A stretch of 64,000 bases of DNA from IMG/VR virus record IMGVR_UViG_3300022744_000020, positions 62,001 through 126,000 of that record. One strand, written 5' to 3'. Positions 28,468 to 38,243 of the stretch are shown here, piece after piece. The notes beneath the pieces are model-generated. The model worked only from the letters and a program-made list of their open reading frames with translations, had not been told where the DNA came from and did not search any database. The stretch's first letter is position 1; every line of letters starts with the position of its first letter. The position numbers and the translations under genes were made by a program.

Positions 28468-28881
28468 CTAGCTGATTTGCGTGGGTTTCCAGCTCTCACT
28501 ATCCTTGAGCTGCTTAGCCACCACCGAAAGGAAGTAGCTGATCGCCTGTTTTCTCCGACGTTGAGGAGAAGCCATCCAAATACACAGATCCGGAATAACG
28601 TACCGGTGATCGAGTCTTTGCCGAATGTCATTATCGATTATCCCAGTACAGCGCGAATTAATCTGGTAAATCGTTCTTTTGAAGGTCAGTGGCCAACGAC
28701 TGTGTCGGACGATGTAGACTCGCTCCAAACAAGTTAACTCTAACATTGCGGTGTCAGAGATTCGGAATTGGTGACTGGTGGAACTGGATTGATTCTCCGG
28801 CCTGGCTCTTATTTTTTTCGAGCCAAGCTTTTGATCGATCCAGTCAAAAGCCAACCGCACCAATGAGGGGTGGGTTTTCAT
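28468..28881 (-). CDS. basic hypothetical protein
   Basis: Fills the gap between the upstream minus-strand gene and the hairpin. Confidence 0.55.
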   Translation of the reverse strand: MKTHPSLVRLAFDWIDQKLGSKKIRARPENQSSSTSHQFRISDTAMLELTCLERVYIVRHSRWPLTFKRTIYQINSRCTGIIDNDIRQRLDHRYVIPDLCIWMASPQRRRKQAISYFLSVVAKQLKDSESWKPTQIS

Positions 28882-28890
28882 CTGACCATC

Positions 28891-30267
28891 TCATTTCTTA
28901 CTGTAATAATTCCGGGTGAAGGCTCTCAGAACCAAGTACAGGCAAACCGCCGTGCGAACAGATGCTTGCACCGAGGCTTGTTTGGTTCCAGTGGCTTCGC
29001 GAACAAAATCTTCCATGCCCGACTTGATCGTCATCAGCTTTTCATCCGAGGATCTCGAGGAGGTGTACGCACCACGGAGCTTCAGAATGAGCTGGCTCGT
29101 ACCCATCTTATCCAGCTCAATGTCTCGATTTTCATTGATGTAGAAAATCGCATGCTCCATCACCGAGTCCACTAGATTTTCAGCCTTCTGATCTCGGATG
29201 AAAGAGAAGTTCTTGCTCAGCCATTCCAAGGTCAGCTTGATGAGTCGCGGCGGGGCCGTCGGACAAATGTCCTCGATGATGTTCAGAAGCTCTTGTCGGA
29301 CAAAAGAAAAGTGGTCTGGAATGACCGTTCTCAAATACCGACTATAGCCCGTTCCTTTGTGAGCGCGGTCTTTCAGAATAGTTTCCCCATCCATCTCGAC
29401 CGTTGCGGCTGTAGAAGAAATCTTCGATCCTTGGACATGGAGTCGGTAGTGGACTTCGAAAATGTTTTTGATGAAATCCTTGATCCGACCCTGGGTGTCG
29501 TTGAGCATCTTCACCACACGGTAGTCGTCGTCCAGGGTTTTGATGACATCGTACCAAATCGAGCTTTTGCCCGTCAGGTCTGTAGATCGCACCCTCAGCG
29601 CTTTTCCCCAGGACCCTTCTGACTTCAGGATGAATCGATAGCTCAATGCCGCATAAGTGGCTCGAGCAATATCCGGATCCGCCGGATACTTGAAAAAGTT
29701 GTAGAGAATACTCGTCAGGAACCGGTAGTTCAAATACAGGGCGATTCGAATCTTGGCTTCTGCCTTCACCTTATCGTCCAGGTGAGGTGAGTTCTCAATC
29801 GCGTACATGATCCATACGCAAGAGATGTTGAAGATGTTGCTCGAAACGATTCGACTGGGAACGATATCCGGAAGATCGTGAATCTGATCTTCTAACGAAT
29901 GCTCGTCCACCATCAACAGCTCGCTGAAGATCAGATCCATGTCTTCTTGCGTGAACCGAACCACTTGCACCCCGGTGAGGCACCCTCCGAAAAACTCGAT
30001 ATGCTCAGCCTTCTTGGTCACAAACCGATTTTCAATCTCGAAGATCTTGCGAACAAACGCCATGTCCACCTTGACGTGGGAACATTCGTTGGCGTAGATT
30101 GCTTTGATCCCGGCATTCTTAACCGGGTTATTTTCCAGTGAAAGGTTTCCAGGGTAAGCGTGCGAATAGCTTTCGAACTGCTCAAATCCGGGGAATTGCG
30201 ACTCGAACCAAGACTCAAAACCACGACGATCAAGATCCGGTATTTCTAGAGTTTGATCGTATCTCAT
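28891..30267 (-). CDS. conserved phiKZ-like virion protein (gp32-like by position)
   Basis: 458 aa; FFGGCLTGVQVVRF block; N-terminal SLE protease-type site. Confidence 0.6.
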   Translation of the reverse strand: MRYDQTLEIPDLDRRGFESWFESQFPGFEQFESYSHAYPGNLSLENNPVKNAGIKAIYANECSHVKVDMAFVRKIFEIENRFVTKKAEHIEFFGGCLTGVQVVRFTQEDMDLIFSELLMVDEHSLEDQIHDLPDIVPSRIVSSNIFNISCVWIMYAIENSPHLDDKVKAEAKIRIALYLNYRFLTSILYNFFKYPADPDIARATYAALSYRFILKSEGSWGKALRVRSTDLTGKSSIWYDVIKTLDDDYRVVKMLNDTQGRIKDFIKNIFEVHYRLHVQGSKISSTAATVEMDGETILKDRAHKGTGYSRYLRTVIPDHFSFVRQELLNIIEDICPTAPPRLIKLTLEWLSKNFSFIRDQKAENLVDSVMEHAIFYINENRDIELDKMGTSQLILKLRGAYTSSRSSDEKLMTIKSGMEDFVREATGTKQASVQASVRTAVCLYLVLRAFTRNYYSKK

Positions 30268-30821
30268 TTCTTGGCCCCTTCGAAATCATGAAGACTGCGA
30301 AACACCCGGATGCCGTGCTTCTTCGCAATCGATTCCAACTGCAAAGAGAATCGATTTTGTTCGATCATCTGCGGATCGGTGACCGCCCCATCTCCTTGAC
30401 CAGAATCAAGGATCAGCGCAGAAGCAGAGATCTCATCCGGGCGCAGTTGATGCACGATGGCCTTGAAGCGAAAAACGTCGGACGGGTTGGCTCTGGCGTA
30501 ATCCGCAGAATAAACATGCGAGACACGGTATCCGTTTTCCTTGAGTTTCTTTTTCCCGGCGTCTACCGCGACCATTCCGGCCACCGCTGCGCGCATGGTA
30601 AAGATGGCGCTTTCCACCCCAAGATTTTCCAACACCAGGCCGGTCTTTTCATCAACCTCCTTGGCGTAGATCTTCATCAAGCTGTCGGTGCATTGACGAA
30701 CAATGTTGCCTTCGCTGAAAACAGCCTGACCCTTTGCCGCAAGCACAATGGCGGCAAAGATGTCGGTGGCGGTGTTTTCCGGATCAGGGTTTTGTTCAAT
30801 GACGTTATTTTCTTTTGTCAT
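30264..30821 (-). CDS. putative head protein
   Basis: 185 aa overlapping the downstream gene by 4 nt; VLE and GVE protease-type sites. Confidence 0.55.
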   Translation of the reverse strand: MTKENNVIEQNPDPENTATDIFAAIVLAAKGQAVFSEGNIVRQCTDSLMKIYAKEVDEKTGLVLENLGVESAIFTMRAAVAGMVAVDAGKKKLKENGYRVSHVYSADYARANPSDVFRFKAIVHQLRPDEISASALILDSGQGDGAVTDPQMIEQNRFSLQLESIAKKHGIRVFRSLHDFEGAKK

Positions 30822-30841
30822 GGTAGGTTGAATTGGGGGGA

Positions 30842-31675
30842 TTAACGATAGCCACCGATTGCCACCTTCATCAGGCGTCGATAGGATTCACGATCATTCA
30901 TCTTGGCTACTGCGCGCCAGACATCACTGAGGTAAGTCTGATAGTTCTCTTCGGCATCGGAGTAAGATTCCAGAACAGACAAGAACCGACCAATCTCTGC
31001 ACCGCCTTGGAGCTTTGCAGTGTCCACCGTCACGATGAGTGTGTTGTAGAGATAGGACTTTGCTGCCAATACACACAGTTTGCGAAAAGGCAGAATCGTT
31101 CTGGTTTGAAGGTTGTTGAGATTTTCGTCGTTGGCCAGAACAACTCGAATCGAGGACGTGGCCGGGATGGAGGCTCCTTCTCGGACCATGATGACGTTCT
31201 CACCCACCAGGCGACATTCGGCATTACTTGGTGTCACGACGTTGTCAATGGCCTGCATCATCCCGGCTGACGAAGTCATGATGGATCCATGATCCTGGAG
31301 GTTTCCAAGCTGACCATAATTGAGCTGAGCACCATACCCCCAAGCACCGAATCGATTTCTTGACACGTACACCAAACACAGAGGCGTGATGATCGATCGA
31401 TTTTGGGTAACTGACTTTGGGACCCGAAAGACCGTTTCCCCCGGATCTGAGGGGAGTCTTTGCATTTGGGAGACTGGGATCTCCACTTCGGTTCCACCAA
31501 CAATGTCCAGGTCAACCAGGATTCTCGGGACGATCAATTGAGTTCGAATCTGTTCATCCAAATTCGTCCCCAAACCAAAACGGAAGTCTCGGCTCTGATC
31601 CAGGAAACCAGCGTTGAGGATCGGCAAAGGAATGCTGTTTCTGATTGTGGCGATGGCGTTCGCAATGGCGTACAT
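30842..31675 (-). CDS. conserved virion structural protein (phiKZ gp42-like)
   Basis: 277 aa; IPLPIL..GF and LVDLDIVGG blocks; position divergent from the pre-polymerase cluster. Confidence 0.6.
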   Translation of the reverse strand: MYAIANAIATIRNSIPLPILNAGFLDQSRDFRFGLGTNLDEQIRTQLIVPRILVDLDIVGGTEVEIPVSQMQRLPSDPGETVFRVPKSVTQNRSIITPLCLVYVSRNRFGAWGYGAQLNYGQLGNLQDHGSIMTSSAGMMQAIDNVVTPSNAECRLVGENVIMVREGASIPATSSIRVVLANDENLNNLQTRTILPFRKLCVLAAKSYLYNTLIVTVDTAKLQGGAEIGRFLSVLESYSDAEENYQTYLSDVWRAVAKMNDRESYRRLMKVAIGGYR

Positions 31676-31714
31676 AGGGCAATCCCCTTTAAGTTTGAAA
31701 TACGAACCACGGTG

Positions 31715-31771
31715 TGGCTATTTATAAACCTACATTATCGATAGGTAGTCGGGTTGATTTATAAATAGCCA
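31715..31771. repeat. 14-bp perfect inverted repeat enclosing a promoter motif
   Basis: tggctatttataaa (31715-31728) and tttataaatagcca (31758-31771); TACATTAT at 31731. Confidence 0.85.
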
Positions 31772-31872
31772 AGTCATTATTTGCTTAGATGACCACTAGA
31801 GAACCTAGGAACCTCCTTCGATCTAGCATCAACTGGCCCTATTACAGGGCCTCAACTAATGGATGTCAGCCC

Positions 31873-32238
31873 ATGAACACCACCCCTATCAATCTCACAG
31901 AAGTCAAGCGGCAAGCCCTTGATTTTCTTATGACGCACGCGCATTTGATCCCTCCGGGTCGCCCGTTTTACTACTGCGTGACACTGTTGGAAAATCATCC
32001 GAGTAATCCGCGATTCGCTCTGGCTGTCTATGCCGAAGCGACAAGCGGGGAAATCGAACTGCTGAGACCGCTTCCTCGGATTGATTGGTTTTATCGCAAC
32101 CAACTCTGGATCGAACACGCCCCCTACGGGGATCCTGGACCCAACGGACAGTCAGTGATCTTTTCGATGGACATCTTACCGGAGTACGCTATCACGGCAG
32201 CTTTGGAAAAAACACCCAAATTGGTGCTGAACAACTAA
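31873..32238 (+). CDS. hypothetical protein
   Basis: ATG 31873 after GGA; ORF-track start is 31789. Confidence 0.65.
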   Translation: MNTTPINLTEVKRQALDFLMTHAHLIPPGRPFYYCVTLLENHPSNPRFALAVYAEATSGEIELLRPLPRIDWFYRNQLWIEHAPYGDPGPNGQSVIFSMDILPEYAITAALEKTPKLVLNN

Positions 32239-32311
32239 AAAACTACAAGATTTACCCATTGAGTGTAGTAAGGGACTTCTTTGATCTTCGTACTGTTTCA
32301 CCACCTCCATC

Positions 32312-33091
32312 ATGCAACAACTTGAATCCTTCTCCTTCAACGCCGGCGGCATCTTCTCCAAAATTCCTCCGGCGTTGAAGGCGGAGTTAATCGATTTGCC
32401 AGCGGGGTACTATTCGCTGAGAAACCACGAAGCTCGTTTCGTAGAGGGAAAAATTTATCGAGTCATGCTTGGTAACGCGGATCCGATGCGCGTGGTTTTG
32501 GAAGGCGATGTCGTCAAGATGCAAAGGTCTGATGGTTGCATTGCGACCACGCAGCGCCGGGTGTTTTGGGAACTGCTGATGAAGACACCCACGCATTTGA
32601 GAGTTCTGACCGACGATGAAGCGAACCAAATGCGCGTCTCCGGGACAGGACAATATTTCTCTCAAGAGCAAGTTAATTTTGTCTGCGTGAGAAGAATGCT
32701 TCGCTGTTTTTTGATTGAGCAATGTCTTACCCTGAGAGAGACGCATCAGCACAATCAAAAATACAGTATGTCATTCATGACCCATCTGAAAAAGGCTTAT
32801 GAGTTGTCAGGCATAGATCCAACCACCGGGCTGTTTCCGGCGGCTCGACAACTCAAAGACTGGGACTTAAAACATCAACACCAGGTGGATGTGATGTTAG
32901 ACCCTATTTGGTTGGCTGTCAGAGAGTTAATGGATCCCGTCCTGGAATGGGTGTACAAGCTGACCAAGAATTACCTTAACCACGTTCATCAGATCGACTT
33001 GGCTGGGAACATGTTCGTTCTTCGTCGTGGTCCTGATCATCGTGCATTGCTTTGGGAGATGAGCAAAATGATTTCAAGCGTTGAGGAATAA
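32312..33091 (+). CDS. hypothetical protein
   Basis: 259 aa; first gene of the tightly coupled cluster. Confidence 0.7.
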   Translation: MQQLESFSFNAGGIFSKIPPALKAELIDLPAGYYSLRNHEARFVEGKIYRVMLGNADPMRVVLEGDVVKMQRSDGCIATTQRRVFWELLMKTPTHLRVLTDDEANQMRVSGTGQYFSQEQVNFVCVRRMLRCFLIEQCLTLRETHQHNQKYSMSFMTHLKKAYELSGIDPTTGLFPAARQLKDWDLKHQHQVDVMLDPIWLAVRELMDPVLEWVYKLTKNYLNHVHQIDLAGNMFVLRRGPDHRALLWEMSKMISSVEE

Positions 33092-33454
33092 ATGAAGATT
33101 TACATCGATGTTCGACACTTGTCCGGGGAGTTGTATAGCACGCTCCTTGGCGGCGTCAACAACAGCCAGGACGACTCCTTGGCTAAAGAGATCAGCCTCA
33201 GACTGACTGATCTCTTGAGAATGATCTACGGAGGTAATCTGGATTACTCGCTAATTCGGAGTTACCTCAGGGAGGTCAATTTGATGATCTACGGACACCC
33301 GTGTTCGGAGATCCACATTGCTGATCAGTCTGATCGCATTCTCACCAGCATCACCTCCTACATCGGGGAAACTCTTCTGTGCGTGGGGGTACGTGAAACC
33401 CCACACCTGAAGTTCATATCCCTGGAACATGGAACTGCAACTTTTGAGCAATGA
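33092..33454 (+). CDS. hypothetical protein (pre-polymerase array 1)
   Basis: GAGG RBS; abuts the upstream stop. Confidence 0.7.
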   Translation: MKIYIDVRHLSGELYSTLLGGVNNSQDDSLAKEISLRLTDLLRMIYGGNLDYSLIRSYLREVNLMIYGHPCSEIHIADQSDRILTSITSYIGETLLCVGVRETPHLKFISLEHGTATFEQ

Positions 33455-33759
33455 TTTACGTCCCTGACTGCAATAGTCTTGTTCAAGCCCTACGGATTCA
33501 CCTACCTGGTGAATCCGTAGACACTTTGATGTCAATCGTGGAGTGCCTACTGATCGAATGGTTTGTCACCGACATGGACCTGGTGATGGAGTCCCAACAA
33601 CACCTGGAATCTTGGTTCAACCCAGGGATCTTATTTATTCTCAGACACCATCTTCAAGAGCAGACTTTGGCAGCCTTGGATGAAAAAACTAAACAGATAA
33701 GAATACCGTGGTACCAAATACAACCACACCAAAACACATTCGCCATCCAGTTCAATTGA
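33451..33759 (+). CDS. hypothetical protein (array 2)
   Basis: ATGA overlap with the upstream gene. Confidence 0.7.
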   Translation: MIYVPDCNSLVQALRIHLPGESVDTLMSIVECLLIEWFVTDMDLVMESQQHLESWFNPGILFILRHHLQEQTLAALDEKTKQIRIPWYQIQPHQNTFAIQFN

Positions 33760-33771
33760 AGACGCAACTAA

Positions 33772-34194
33772 ATGTCTAGATTCTTACTCTCAATCGGAGA
33801 CTATCGACATTACTCGTTGATGTTGGAGCAGCAATTTCCCTGGGTTATGGATCGGCTAATAGGAAAGCTAGATGTGGTCGAGTGCTGTATGATTGAAGCA
33901 TACACACTCACGCCGAACGAAATTGAAGACTCGACGATTTGGGACTGTGTTGTTAACATTGTTGACACGGTGTCTAACTTTGCCGGAAATGGTAGGTGCG
34001 ATGAGTTGGATTTGTGCTCATTCAGCGGCACGAGTTGGTCTTTTTCTGTGTGTCTATACAACATCGTCTGTCACTATTTAGGGATCTTCCGTTCGGCGCT
34101 ACCAAACATGGCACATTCCGGGGGTTGCGTTGTCGATCATCACTTAACCCACATCGAGGTAGGTCAGCGTGAAAGCTCAACTCGTCCTTATTAG
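33772..34194 (+). CDS. hypothetical protein (array 3)
   Basis: 140 aa, tightly packed. Confidence 0.65.
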   Translation: MSRFLLSIGDYRHYSLMLEQQFPWVMDRLIGKLDVVECCMIEAYTLTPNEIEDSTIWDCVVNIVDTVSNFAGNGRCDELDLCSFSGTSWSFSVCLYNIVCHYLGIFRSALPNMAHSGGCVVDHHLTHIEVGQRESSTRPY

Positions 34195-34555
34195 TTTGAG
34201 AGGATTGGATAAATTCAAGCGACAGAGTCCGGATTGGAAATTCTGGATACAGCATCTCCTGGACTGGCTCTGGGAGGATCCTACGCTAACGCATCTCGAC
34301 CTGATAGACGCATTCGTTTCCAATACCACTGACTTCGGGTTTGAATCCACCACCTACCAAGAAATCAGCGCGTACTACCGTCATTGCTTGAAAGACATAG
34401 TTGATGAATTAAAGGATCGCATGGCCCAGGAGATAGACTCCGCCGTCCTCATGACTCATCCGTTCGCCAAACACACTCAGTTGGTGCTCAGTGAAATTGA
34501 GTTAAGCAACGCCATTGGTGTAAGAATTCATGCCTACAAAGACGAACTTCCGTAG
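34169..34555 (+). CDS. hypothetical protein (array 4)
   Basis: GAGG then GTG; overlaps the upstream gene. Confidence 0.65.
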   Translation: MKAQLVLISLRGLDKFKRQSPDWKFWIQHLLDWLWEDPTLTHLDLIDAFVSNTTDFGFESTTYQEISAYYRHCLKDIVDELKDRMAQEIDSAVLMTHPFAKHTQLVLSEIELSNAIGVRIHAYKDELP

Positions 34556-34973
34556 TCTTCCGACCCTTATCTTCACGAAGCCGCCAATCCAGGCTCTGGT
34601 TAAAGGTTTCTTAGACCCCTTGGGTTACGATTACGATGAAAAAGGATTCGAGGAGATGTGCTCAGAGATGATGTCCATCCTCTTCCATTCCGATGATTCA
34701 AAACTGGTTGATTTTGAGATTGCTGGATATTTCAGACTGGTATGGGCGCAGGTCTTGCCAGAGATGTCCTTGGAAGATACCCAGACTGCGCTGAGATACT
34801 TCCGCCGTCAGATTTTAGTAGAGTTTCAATCGACTCGGGAACTCATTAAGGCATACCTCAAGGGTCGTGAAATAACCACCTTGGTGTCCTTGTACCCGAC
34901 CGACCACCGAATTCGTCATTTTTATGTTATTGAGAAAGAAGCCTTCCATGCACACGCAAAAGAACCCGGCTAA
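34530..34973 (+). CDS. hypothetical protein (array 5)
   Basis: 147 aa; overlaps both neighbours. Confidence 0.65.
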   Translation: MPTKTNFRSLPTLIFTKPPIQALVKGFLDPLGYDYDEKGFEEMCSEMMSILFHSDDSKLVDFEIAGYFRLVWAQVLPEMSLEDTQTALRYFRRQILVEFQSTRELIKAYLKGREITTLVSLYPTDHRIRHFYVIEKEAFHAHAKEPG

Positions 34974-35364
34974 GGCCCGGTACTCTGTGGATCTGTCGAG
35001 AGAACTAGGTCACTTCAGATCCGCTAAACGGGTTTGTTTAGAGCCCCCGGACCGGGTGAAAGAACTCACCGATTTGGCCGTCAATCAATCTTTAGAGGCC
35101 ATTGTGCTTGATCACAATGGTTTCTCAATACCTGCACTTTCTCTAATTCAGAAGTTTGATCCCTTTTGGGTGGAGTCCCATCCTGTCAGAGCTGCAAAGT
35201 TAAGAGACCTTAGCCTGACGTTCATTGTGTTGAAGTCGGACATTTTTGGTCAGCTTAAACTTTTGCGGATGAAAACAAATCAACCTTTCAAGCTCGGTAA
35301 GATCGCAGTGAAAAATCTTACTGAGAAAAACATCTTAACCTTCGAGGTGAAAGAAAATGAGTAG
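34948..35364 (+). CDS. hypothetical protein (array 6)
   Basis: ATG 34948 (alternative start 34924); overlaps both neighbours. Confidence 0.65.
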   Translation: MHTQKNPAKARYSVDLSRELGHFRSAKRVCLEPPDRVKELTDLAVNQSLEAIVLDHNGFSIPALSLIQKFDPFWVESHPVRAAKLRDLSLTFIVLKSDIFGQLKLLRMKTNQPFKLGKIAVKNLTEKNILTFEVKENE

Positions 35365-35758
35365 TTTCGGCGCTAATTTGAAAGTAGGAAGCGTTTACGA
35401 CTTTCGCTTCCTGACCCCTAACCAGATGGGGTCCGGATATGACTCGGCCTTGGTGATCGGGATCATCGATCACCGAGAAGCTCAGCGCCTGGCTGACGTG
35501 GATGCCATCCATCGCAATCTTCGCGTAGGGAATCCGACACTCACCACGACCATCAACGGTCTGGAGTTTGTTCGCATTCTCACCAGCGCCAACGAAAAGC
35601 GGGTGTTCGCCAAGGACTGGCTGAAGACTGAACCCAAACTGGTACAGAAGAAGACCGTCCAGTTTGTGATCCCGAATGTGGAACACGCCGACATCACCGC
35701 GATCAAAGAAGCGCTCATCAGTTTGGGCTTTACCAGCTTCGAGTCGACGATTTTGTAA
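35357..35758 (+). CDS. conserved phiKZ gp49-like protein
   Basis: GAGGTG RBS; VGSVYDF...MG block; directly upstream of the DNA polymerase. Confidence 0.6.
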   Translation: MSSFGANLKVGSVYDFRFLTPNQMGSGYDSALVIGIIDHREAQRLADVDAIHRNLRVGNPTLTTTINGLEFVRILTSANEKRVFAKDWLKTEPKLVQKKTVQFVIPNVEHADITAIKEALISLGFTSFESTIL

Positions 35759-35890
35759 TTATATGCGAAAAGCTTTATTTTTTGTCGAAAATTGAGTATG
35801 ATCTCAGTCAGAGGTTTCTCCCTTTCTTGGCCGACTGATTGAGCTTGGACCAAACCGGCAAAGAGTTTAGCGCTAATCGCATATGTAATG

Positions 35891-35930
35891 GGGGCACGGG
35901 GCGAAAGCTCCGTGCCTCTTATTCTTTTTT
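35891..35930 (+). terminator. Rho-independent terminator
   Basis: ggggcacggggc-gaaa-gctccgtgcctc followed by ttattctttttt. Confidence 0.7.
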
Positions 35931-35973
35931 GTGTCATTGCCTGATCGTCTGATAACCTCCAGCCAAACCACCC

Positions 35974-38190
35974 ATGAAAAACGTATTCTTCAAGTCAGCA
36001 AATCAGTACAAGCGAGATGTGAATCCGGTGGAGCACTGCCTTCAATCTCGGGCGGAAATGTTGAGCATTCAGACAGGAGATCCGGTAGAGAAGTGTTTGG
36101 AGTTTGTGAGAAGATCTCACTCAAAGACGGGGATTTACGGTAATCGCATCAAAGACCCGGTGGTCAATTATTTCCATCGTCCGAACGGGGAAGATCGGGA
36201 AAAGAAAACGACCACTCTGATGAACTACATCGGGGACTCTATTAAGCGTAAAGAGTTCATCGCCCCCACTCTGACGACGTACGTGAATCAGGAAGAAGAA
36301 CAAAGCGTCTTCTCTGACGACATTTTTAACAACAAGAAAAATCGAAGCAAAGCCAAAAAGAAAGAGTTTGACTTTCGAACGGCTGGTGACGCGATTAATC
36401 AGGCCATCCAATATTTGGCACAGACCGGCTTTAAGAGAAACAATAACGCACTGTCCGGTGCACGGCTGAGTCCGTCCACTCCTTTATTTAATCCGACCTG
36501 TCACTCGACACTAACGAGCATTTGTCGGATTACCAGCGGTTACGGTAACCTGAACAATGAGAAGTTCATTTCCGGTAATCGTCACTATTACCGGCTGGAC
36601 ATTGTGCTGAACAACATCGTCAGCATCGTGACTCATTCGGACTTGGAGTTAATTCAAAGGGTCATTGAACGGCACGGCCTGGAGTATCCCACTTTGGACC
36701 AGGTCTGCGATTTGATCAACCGCTCGCTTCGACTGTACATGATCGACCAGAAGGTCGAAGCCACTATCCGTGAATTCGTGAGTCATCTCACCCCACTTCA
36801 GCGGGCTGCTTTCACTTACGTCGGGGACCTCTACCACCTCCGAGTGGTCAACCCCGATTTCATGCGTAGGTTTTTGGATGAGATTACCATGCAGCTCGAA
36901 GGGACCCATCCGGATCCCATGACGACAGTAAAGTCGGCACCTGGAGAGTATTTGTTTTTTGCACATCAGATCTGCAACAACTATACACGTGGCATCGGCA
37001 TGAAGCATGAAAAGATTGCCGACGGCCCTGGCATTCATTCGCTGGCTTTGACGATTGAAAATATCGCACGTGTTTGCGAACACTACTCCGATTTGATCGA
37101 AGCGTTTTACATGACGAGCAATCTGCCGTCAACTGTGGCGGATCTTCCGCATTCGATGCGTCGGGTGGTCACGACCAGTGACACTGACTCTACGATTTTC
37201 ACGGTGATGGAATGGGTCGATTGGTATGCTGGCACGCACAAACGCTGTCAGAAAACCATCACCTGTACGGCTGCAATTGTTTTTCTGACGGCTTCTTCGA
37301 TTGTGCATATCCTGGCCACAATGTCGGCTAACCTGGGAGCCATTGAGAAGTACATCTTTGAAATCAAGATGAAGTCGGAGTTTGAATTCGATCCGTTCAT
37401 TCCTACGAATTTGGGCAAACATTACTTCGCTAACAAATGGTGCCAAGAAGGCCAAGTGTTTGCGCAAGCCGACCGGGAAGAGAAGGGGGTGTATCTAATC
37501 AACAGCGCTCTACCCGAAGAGTTGATGGCGAAAGCAAAAGCCATGCGCTGCAAGATCATGGACGCAATCAACAACGGGGAGAAAATCCGACTGATGGATT
37601 ATCTCAATGAAGTCGCTGAGGTAGAGAACAACATCGTGGCTTCAATCCAAAAAGGCGAGCCGACCTATTTGAGTGCTGGGACGGTTCGAGATCCAGCAAG
37701 TTACACCAAAGACAAGGAAAACTCTCCTTACCAGAACCACGTGTTTTGGAATTTTGTCTTTGGAGAGAAGTACGGAATTGTCCCAGAGCCGCCATACCAG
37801 ACGCTGAAGATTTCCCTGACGACAGACACTCGGTCCCGAATGATGGATTGGCTGAAGACCATGAAGGATCGAGGTATTGCGACTCGTTTGGTTGAGTGGA
37901 TGAAGCGAAAGGAAAAGACTGAGATTTCCACGATCTATTTGCCCAACATCTACTTGTCGTCCACTGGAGTGCCTGAAGAGCTCCTGGAGGTGATTGACTA
38001 CGAGAAGATGCTCGGACAGCTCTGTGGGCCTTTCTACCTGGCTCTAGAGACCATCGGCTACTACGGAAACGGTGAAAGAATCAAACGACTGGCTTTCAGT
38101 TCGTACAACTTGAAAGCACAGATTCCGAAGATTGATGAAATTGATCTAGAGATGGCTCAAGAGGCTTTCTCCGACCTGCAAGGAGAGTAG
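35974..38190 (+). CDS. family-B DNA polymerase, polymerase-domain subunit (phiKZ gp50-like)
   Basis: Motif B-like KRNNNALSG, motif C SDTDS, KHY; no exonuclease motifs recognised. Confidence 0.88.
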   Translation: MKNVFFKSANQYKRDVNPVEHCLQSRAEMLSIQTGDPVEKCLEFVRRSHSKTGIYGNRIKDPVVNYFHRPNGEDREKKTTTLMNYIGDSIKRKEFIAPTLTTYVNQEEEQSVFSDDIFNNKKNRSKAKKKEFDFRTAGDAINQAIQYLAQTGFKRNNNALSGARLSPSTPLFNPTCHSTLTSICRITSGYGNLNNEKFISGNRHYYRLDIVLNNIVSIVTHSDLELIQRVIERHGLEYPTLDQVCDLINRSLRLYMIDQKVEATIREFVSHLTPLQRAAFTYVGDLYHLRVVNPDFMRRFLDEITMQLEGTHPDPMTTVKSAPGEYLFFAHQICNNYTRGIGMKHEKIADGPGIHSLALTIENIARVCEHYSDLIEAFYMTSNLPSTVADLPHSMRRVVTTSDTDSTIFTVMEWVDWYAGTHKRCQKTITCTAAIVFLTASSIVHILATMSANLGAIEKYIFEIKMKSEFEFDPFIPTNLGKHYFANKWCQEGQVFAQADREEKGVYLINSALPEELMAKAKAMRCKIMDAINNGEKIRLMDYLNEVAEVENNIVASIQKGEPTYLSAGTVRDPASYTKDKENSPYQNHVFWNFVFGEKYGIVPEPPYQTLKISLTTDTRSRMMDWLKTMKDRGIATRLVEWMKRKEKTEISTIYLPNIYLSSTGVPEELLEVIDYEKMLGQLCGPFYLALETIGYYGNGERIKRLAFSSYNLKAQIPKIDEIDLEMAQEAFSDLQGE

Positions 38191-38195
38191 TAAAA

Positions 38196-38242
38196 CAAAC
38201 TAACAACCCCGAAGCCACAAAAGGCTCGGGGTTGTTAGTTTT
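38196..38242. terminator. bidirectional terminator
   Basis: aactaacaaccccga...tcggggttgttagtt between convergent genes. Confidence 0.75.
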
Positions 38243-38243
38243 G

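Noticed and set aside
35974-38190. DNA polymerase lacking an exonuclease domain as a novelty
   Set aside because: A split family-B polymerase is already known in phiKZ-like phages
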